NCBI GenBank assembly: GCA_951406725.2
Contig: OX597823.1
Coordinates: 85,436,001 to 85,500,000 of the forward strand
Source of the DNA: Octopus vulgaris
Lineage: Eukaryota
Length of the DNA: 64,000 nucleotides
Direction: 5' to 3'
A program made the translations under genes and the position numbers. Each line of letters starts with the position of its first letter. The stretch's first letter is position 1. Positions 56,137 to 64,000 of the stretch are shown here, piece by piece. Under the pieces are notes generated by a model, which was not told the origin of the DNA, searched no databases, and saw nothing but the letters and a program-made list of their open reading frames with translations.

Positions 56137-56482
56137 GCATAAATAGACCTGATATAATGATTAGAGACAGAGAAGAGAAACTGTGTACAGTTGTGGAAAT
56201 TAGCTGCCCAGCGGACGTTAACACGAAGCTAAAGATCAGCGAAAAAGAAAATACCTACGCTGAGCTATTGAGAAAGTTACATTTAATCTATACAGATCAG
56301 AAGTTCATTTTTATACCTGTTATTATTGAGGAACTGGGATTTGTAACACAGTGGCTAAATGCCAATCTTAAGAGATTAGGCTTCTGAAAACCAGAAAGGA
56401 GGAAGCGAATTCGAAAGCTACAGATCCAATCCATCACTGGAACTGTAAATATCTTTAAAACGTCCCAGAAGTTTATAATTTA
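56137..56482 (+). mobile_element. R4/Dong-like LINE 3' end (restriction-like endonuclease PD..E motif)
   Basis: NRPDIMIRDREEKLCTVVEISCPADVN...EKENTYAEL...FIPVIIEELG...QSITGTVNIFKT; homologous to 42660-43020. Confidence 0.8.
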
Positions 56483-57530
56483 AGTATGTATGAGCATGTC
56501 TAGACATGAAATATATGCATGAAAATATATACATACATATATGCATACATACAAACAAACATACATATATACATACATACAAACAAGCATGCATACCTGC
56601 ATACGTACGTACATACATTCATACGTACATATACACATAGAGATTCAAGTAGACATACATGATACGATCCTCCCAATATCTCCCATATTGACAGTAGTGT
56701 TCGAGTGAAACAGCTGAATATTGGTAGCACTTCAGTTATGTACCATTAATTATTTGTACTGGCAGTATGTAAGTGTATCCTTATAGATTAACTAAAACCG
56801 GAACCCAACAGCCTCAATTCAAAGAGAGGCAATACAGATTTATACTCTGTTGATTTCCCCAAGGAAAATAAGTGTAAACAATAAAAAGCTATCCATCAGA
56901 ATTTTATATGGTGTTGATTGATGATGGTAGATTCAAATTGATTTTAATCACATGATTATATTCATGAAGCATTTTGCAGTAACGATCGAACGTTCTATAT
57001 CATTTTATTGTGTAATTTGAGAGGTAACGTCTTGATGTTTGAGACCAAAAATTTAGAAGGGTCGTAGTTAAGAAATTATGTCAGTGATGGCATTGGAGCT
57101 AAACGATGCTTATTTGTGAAAATGGGATATCAGAGAATTATGGTTAGATCTACTAGAATACTGGGTTTGGACTTGGGCGAAACAAAAACATATTGAAACC
57201 TTATGAAACTTAGTAGGAAGCAGAAAATGATTTGTCGGGAATATGACATGTCTGTGAGAGTTAAACCGAAATTGAGGACAAAATGAAAGACCTTCGGACA
57301 TTAGTAAACCAATGTATATTTAGTGCATAATGGCAGTGCTTATAGATGCATTTGGCTTGTTGAGGTGGCTGCAAGGATAATGATGGAAAAGTGAGTTGTA
57401 GTGTGGGAGAAAATGAAATGGGCACACCCTGGTTTCACCATCGTACCACTTTAAAAAAATGTGATACCGTGGAACGTTGTCGAAATCGTGAATTCCAATT
57501 GACAGCTGATAAATAAGTCATGTTTATACA

Positions 57531-57570
<40 letters not shown>

Positions 57571-57742
57571 GGGTGATAAATTGAATATTAATTTAATTAA
57601 AATCAATTGAAAACCAGTAGCCTAGCATAGTGTTCTGGTGTTTGCTGAATTTCTCTAGAGAACATTCTTTTCTTTGTACTTACATCGTAGGTGATCTTCT
57701 TCTAGCATATTGGATGTTCACTTAGTGGTCATCTCTATTATA

Positions 57743-57784
<42 letters not shown>

Positions 57785-57877
57785 AATTCCAAACAAGAAA
57801 GCACAAAAAAACACAACAACGCGAGGACGTGGAACAAATATAGTATTATTGGACGCTCAGGAAAGAAGGAAATGAGG

Positions 57878-57912
57878 GTTTAACATTTCGAGCGGAGCTC
57901 TTCGTCGGAAAC
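57878..57912 (-). ncRNA. Minimal type I hammerhead-like motif (variant core) in a ~200-bp repeat
   Basis: Minus: GTTT-CCGACGA-A-GAGC(TCC)GCTC-GAAA-TG-TT-AAAC. Confidence 0.6.
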
Positions 57913-58870
57913 ATAGGAGAAGTAAAGATCCAGAGAAGGGACGATAGAGGAAAAAAATCGCCAACGGTACACACGAGGTCATACACACACACATATATAT
58001 ATATATATAGATATATATATATATATATATATAATGAGCTGGTGAAAAATCAGACAGCACCATAATAGCGAGTAATAAATTTTAGTTGCTCCAGTAGCTC
58101 ATTACTGTCATAGATGTATATGTATGTGTGTGATTGCAATTACTTGTAAATCAAGGAATGCTTTCAAAAAATTAATCAAACTTCCAACAAACTTATAATT
58201 TACTCCGTTTTGGCTAATTGTTTTATTAGTTTTGTAATTTCTATCAACAAATGAAACGAGAAAAAAAAAGTATAGAACTTGAAAATTCCAATCTCTAATG
58301 TTAGACAAAATCTCTGAATTTTGATACACAACAATGGAAGAAAGAGGTTTGCATAAGGAACGCACACGAAGGAACAAACGAGAAATGAAAATGTTACAGC
58401 GTTGTATTGTTTCTTGTTTCAGAAATGCTTTCCTTTTCAGACCTAATTGAATTACTTTCTCATAAAGCATTCACCTTTCTTAATGAAAGTTTAATATAAA
58501 TGTTGTAAGCTATAGAATTACTGTTTCAAAAAGTCGGGTTAATAAAAAATTATAATATAACAAGAAGTTATCGTAAAGCCACTGATGAAAGAATAAAAAG
58601 AACAAACACAAAACCACTCATAAATTCAGAGTAAACATACTCTGAATTCTAAATACTGTTTGAAAGTAAAGAATAAATCTATTATTATATAATAACTGTA
58701 TTATTTTTGTTGTTTTCGTAGTTGCTTTTTTTTCTTTATATCAGACATGTTTATCGCTTGTTTGTTTTTAGTAACAAAAGAGCAGAAGGAGTAAAAACAA
58801 AATAAGGTTAAGATATAAACTAAATAGAAGAGAAAGCGGTAGTTAAATGGATAAACTGATATACAGATAA

Positions 58871-58921
<51 letters not shown>

Positions 58922-59104
58922 TACATACATGCATATATACATAGATACATATGTATATATGTATATATACATGTGTGTCTATGTACGCACTTACATACAT
59001 ACACAAATACGCATTATATATCTATCTATCTATATATATTCACTGTCTTTCTTTTTATCGTAGTCCCTGTTTCTACCTTTCCCTTTCAGTCTCTCTCTCT
59101 CTCC

Positions 59105-59153
<49 letters not shown>

Positions 59154-59337
59154 TGTATGTATATGTATGTATATGTACATTATATATACATGCGTTTATA
59201 TATATATATTTAGAGACAGAGAGAGAGAGAGGGAGAGAGAGAAAGTTAGAGAGTAACCGAGAGGGAGAGAAAGATAGCAAGCTAGCTAGCTACATGGATA
59301 GATATATAGATAGATAGGTAGGTAGATGGGTAGATAT

Positions 59338-59406
<69 letters not shown>

Positions 59407-59688
59407 AAGATTAGATTAGCTTAGATGGGGAGAGAAAGAGACAGAGACAGAGACTACAATAAAACGAAAGACTAATGAATACTCTCTAAGTATGAAGAGG
59501 TAGAAAGAGAGAACGAGAGAAAGTGAGAATATGCAAAGACAATAAAAGTGAATATAAAATGTAAAGAAAAGTAGTAAAAACTTTAAACCTTGTACAGGAA
59601 ATAAGAGAGATGGAAAAACATATAAAAATGCATATATGGAAATCTGAATTTAAAGAGTAAATATGACAGAAAATGTATACATGCACAA

Positions 59689-59760
<72 letters not shown>

Positions 59761-59806
59761 ATGTATATATATATATATATATGTGTGTGTGTATGTGTGA
59801 GTGTGT

Positions 59807-59849
<43 letters not shown>

Positions 59850-59982
59850 TTGTATGTGTGTGTCAATGCGTGTATCTGCATACATGTGTATTGCTATATA
59901 TGTATATATGTATATATATATGTATATCTATCTAGCTATTTATCTATCTATCTCTATCTCTCGCTATATATATATGCGTATA

Positions 59983-60032
<50 letters not shown>

Positions 60033-60619
60033 TATGTATGTACGTGTATATATATATGTGTACATATTTATACACATATATATGTTTGTACTTACGTATG
60101 TATGTATATGTGCTTGCATGTATGTATGTAATTATTTATACGTGTATATGTGTGTACAACAGATAGTAGAAAAAAGAAACGAAAGCTAATAATACAAAGT
60201 ACATAGAAGACAGAAATTATTCAAGTTATTATAACAGCGTAATTAATAATATCGGAGGACGTGGTAGGGAGGATTAACAATGAATAGAGCAGCATTTCGG
60301 TCAGAAATTTATCATAATAAATTTTCACAAACGCATGAATTAGAAATAAATTTTGCTTTAAAACAGTAGTAATTTTCCTAAACTTCACAATTGAGATTAT
60401 TCATGCTGAGTTATTCATTTCCATAGTTTAGTAAAAAGATTTAAAATAAAATAACACATCTCTTTTTTTTTTACAGCGTAATTAACGCCTGTCCTATTAT
60501 ACGCACTTAATGAGATCTGTAGCTTCTAATTTTCTTTTAAGTTTTACAAACTTTGTTACAAATTTGAATTCAGTAAACCAAGTAAATAATACGAGGAAAG
60601 AAAACCTGTTTTATAATAA

Positions 60620-60852
60620 CAATGTTTGATAATGACGACGAGGATGAAGTCAAAAATGGCGATGAAGATGATGCTGATAATGACGACGACAAAAGCGGAG
60701 AAGTTGATAATGATGCTGGTGACAAAGCGGATAGTAACAACGATGAAGATAATGAAACAGGCGGTTGTCGTTGCAGGGATAATAACAATTATGATAATAA
60801 AAATTACAATGATTACATGTATAATCTATCATTATTATTATTGTTATTATTA

Positions 60853-60950
<98 letters not shown>

Positions 60951-60984
60951 AGCATCAACATCATCATCATCGTCGTCATCATCG

Positions 60985-61020
<36 letters not shown>

Positions 61021-61145
61021 ACATCATCATAATCGTCGTCATCGTCGTCAACATCATTATCAGAGTCGTTATTGTTATTTTATTGCTATTACTATCATTT
61101 TTGTTGTTGTTGTTGTTGCTGTTATTATTATTATTATTATTATTG

Positions 61146-61212
<67 letters not shown>

Positions 61213-61230
61213 CATCATAGTTATTATTTG
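60620..61230. repeat. (GAT)/(TTA)/(CAT)/(TTG)n compound trinucleotide island
   Basis: Directly visible. Confidence 0.95.
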
Positions 61231-61802
61231 ATGTCGGTGTTTACAACAATGATATTAAGACAATACCACTAATAATGTTAAAGAATTGTTCTAATAACAA
61301 GCGTGAGATAACTGAAGCTGATAATGATGCTGATCTTAATGATAATTTAATAAGAAACGATTATTCTTATTATTTTCATCGTAATCGTTATTCATAGTTA
61401 TTTCATTAGTAGTAGTGGCCGCAGTAGCATTAGCTGCACTAACATTAATAATAGAAAGAGTATTAGCATTTCAGTAACAGCAGCAGAAGCAGTTGTTGTT
61501 ATTGTTTTTGTTGTTGTTAATAACGGCGACTGTAGCGGTAATGCAATGGTGGTTTATCGGCTGAGTTCAGTGTTGCTTTATTGTTATTTTCACGTCACCT
61601 TTTGTTAGTGATCATTTGCGAAGTATCTTATTCGTTATTCTTTGTTATTCCATAGCCGTATGTATGACAAGTAGCAAAACTACATTCAATGCAGTAGGGA
61701 AACCGATACACGTACATACATACATGCATGCATGCATATACATACATACATACATACATACATACATACATACATACATACATACATACATACATACATA
61801 CA

Positions 61803-62070
61803 TGATGGCTGTTCCTTCGTTATCGAGTATGGCCATTGCACGAAGCTTAACTGTTATTGGTGCTCTGATTGAATGTGACTTTTTAGCCCAGCTAAAGATC
61901 TACAATGTCTTGTGCAGAATTGGCAGCTAAAACCTTTACCGGCAGTAGTCGGCTGTAGTTGTAACTGGGCTTCATGTACCTTTTCATGTCGTTTAAGTCC
62001 TCCTGCCGAATTATACTCTCTTCTACATGCGTGACAGATATGATTAGTAATGTGTGTAACACCACCACCA
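61803..62070 (-). mobile_element. RTE-like LINE 3' end with two C2H2 zinc fingers
   Basis: CHAC-x12-H-x3-H and CQFC-x12-H-x4-H with S.AGLK(R/S)H, like the RTE C-terminal S..GL.SH finger; no TGEKP linker; short UTR GCCATACTCGATAACGAAGGAACAGCCATCAT runs into (TATG)n. Confidence 0.65.
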
Positions 62071-62096
62071 TACATACATATATACATACATAAATA

Positions 62097-62268
62097 TGTA
62101 CCTATCGTTATAAGTGTGTTAGGTTATGTACCAACAACTTTCCGCAAAAACATAGGGACATTTATTTTCACGAAAAAAGAGCAACAGGAACAGACTCGGA
62201 CTCTCTAAAACCAATCTATTCATGGCACAGTGAAGATTTCCAAAATATTCCAGAATTTCTCCATGTGA
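62097..62268 (+). mobile_element. R4/Dong-like LINE extreme 3' remnant
   Basis: VPIVISVLGYVP...NQSIHGTVKISKIFQNF parallels FIPVIIEELGFV...QSITGTVNIFKTSQKF at 56310-56480. Confidence 0.6.
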
Positions 62269-62531
62269 GATTCTTAAGCGAATGCATGCAGAGTCGATAG
62301 CGTAATCATCGATAGTTCAACCAACACACTAATTCAGCCACATGTTTATAAACAGCGGGAACTCTCTTCACTCAAAAAAGAGCTGTTGCTTTGTTAGCAA
62401 CTGGCTTGAACTTCCCTCAAGAACTTGAATTAAACTCAAACAAAGATCACATATATATGCATGCATACGTACATACATAAATAAATACATACATACATAT
62501 ATACATATATGTATGTATACGTATGTATATG

Positions 62532-62609
<78 letters not shown>

Positions 62610-62613
62610 TAAA

Positions 62614-64000
62614 CTAGCAGGCGTACCCGGCGTTGTCCGGGTTCGTTGGTTCGAAAAGTCTTTGAAACTAATAAACACCCCCTCTCTTAAACACCTCTCA
62701 CCCCTTATGGCAAGACTAATACCTAAGTAACTCATAAAGAGAAACGCACACGTAATAATGCGACAACAATCAAGTGAAGAAATAAAACAACAAAAATTAT
62801 AACAGAAATAATGTAGGACTGAAATATGACGCCAGTACGGCAAGTCTACAAAACTTCTTTATAAACAACATTTTTAGTTTTCCCGTGGGGGGGATTGAAG
62901 GCATGTAAACCGTTCCTACAACCCACTCTTGAGCAGTCAATGTATAGTTGACCGTGTGAAAAGCATGGTTCGGCTAAGTAAAGTCCAACGACAGACAGCG
63001 AGTGCCCGTGGGACTTATTAATGGACATGGCGTAACTGAGTCTAATCGGAAACTGCACTCAGCAGAACGTGAACGGTTAGTCAGCAGCCGAAGTCACAAG
63101 GGGAATTCGCGGTTTGAAGACGTCTTGACCTTTAACACAGACTGTCATAATCGTTGCTTCAATGATATTAGGAAGTAATTTTGTGATAAGAAGGCATGTA
63201 CCGTTGCACAACGTCGGTGGATTTAAATTCCTTATGAGCATAACAGGGCTATCTGCTTTAAGAGTAAGAATATGTGGAGGTACACCTGAAGGTTCCAAGG
63301 AATACAAAAATTCAGTGGAATAATCAACTACCTCATCCTGATTGGGGATGGTGTCTACTGACTTATAGACTCTCACGTCCTCAGGCAAACCCAGTAAAAA
63401 GCTGTTGGTTGCACTGACCGCAACGTTTTTAGGAGCCAAAATGGCTCTTTATCAAAGCCAATCTAGATCTCTGCTGTGGACTTCTAGGTCTAAGAAGGCC
63501 TGGTCATGAAGACTCTGAATAGTACTGGCTATTGTGCAAATGTAACTTATGTCAACATCTTCATTTCCGTCTTCTGTAACTTCACCATTGCCAAGAAGGA
63601 GATTGTTCCTCACAAAATCTTCTGACAATGGGTCCTCATGGAAGCGTGCTCTCATGTTAGATTCTAACTTTAAAGTAACAACATGAACCCATAGATGTGA
63701 AGACTTAAGGCATGCAATTACTTCATCTGCCTTTCGGAATCACTGGCATGGTTTGTCTAAAGTCCCCAGATAGCAAGACAGTGACACCCCCAATCGGTTC
63801 GTGGCTCTCCTTTATGTCTCGCAAAGTTCTATCTAATGCCTCAAGGGCACCATTGTGAACCATTGTGCATTCATCTCAAACAATCAAGCTGCATTTTGCG
63901 AGCAATTGCTCGTTGTCAGATGTCTTTGAAATGTTGAAAAACAAGCGTTGGTGAACTTGCGAGGTTAAGAGAAAGCTTAAACGTAGAGTGTGCTGTCCTG
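62614..64000 (-). mobile_element. Helitron 3' portion (RepHel Pif1-like helicase pseudogene and 3' terminus); continues past the window end
   Basis: RTAHSTFKL, LIV*DECTM, GDFRQTMPVI, APKN, PSGVPPHILTLK, MLIRNLNP..LCNGT, PRIPL, QFPIRLSYAMSINKSHG, CFSHGQLY..CSRV; hairpin CCCGGACAACGCCGGG (62626-62641) then CTAG|T. Confidence 0.93.

Noticed and set aside
60622-60830. Acidic D/N-rich ORF start
   Set aside because: It is a degenerate (GAT/GAC/AAT)n tract running into pure triplet repeats.

Overview
A repeat-dominated, AT-rich animal genomic window, very probably from an octopus (inferred from the SINE families and the extreme (TA)n/(CA)n/(TATC)n/(CATA)n and trinucleotide microsatellite load). I found no host protein-coding exon I can support, and nearly all ORFs in the supplied track are microsatellite read-through, so this is probably a large intron or intergenic DNA. 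It contains: three tRNA-derived SINE families (working names A, B, C); decayed non-LTR retrotransposons (CR1-like, Tx1/L1-like, R4/Dong-like, RTE-like); a near-complete decayed Neptune-type Penelope-like element (RT plus GIY-YIG); Helitrons (a 5' RepHel fragment, a 3' Pif1-helicase fragment and a complete non-autonomous copy); and Tc1/mariner remnants. The most interesting signals are: (1) SINE-A has a 3' tail matching the 3' end of a Tx1-like LINE in this window, and it recurs at two fixed sites inside the head of other SINE-A copies, once with a clear TSD, forming multimers; (2) several minimal hammerhead-ribozyme-like motifs with variant cores; (3) a 290-bp palindrome explained by tandem duplication followed by inversion between (TA)n tracts; (4) a Helitron/Penelope junction; (5) several LINE clades sitting in tetranucleotide microsatellites. 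All family assignments come from motifs recognised by eye, not from database searches.
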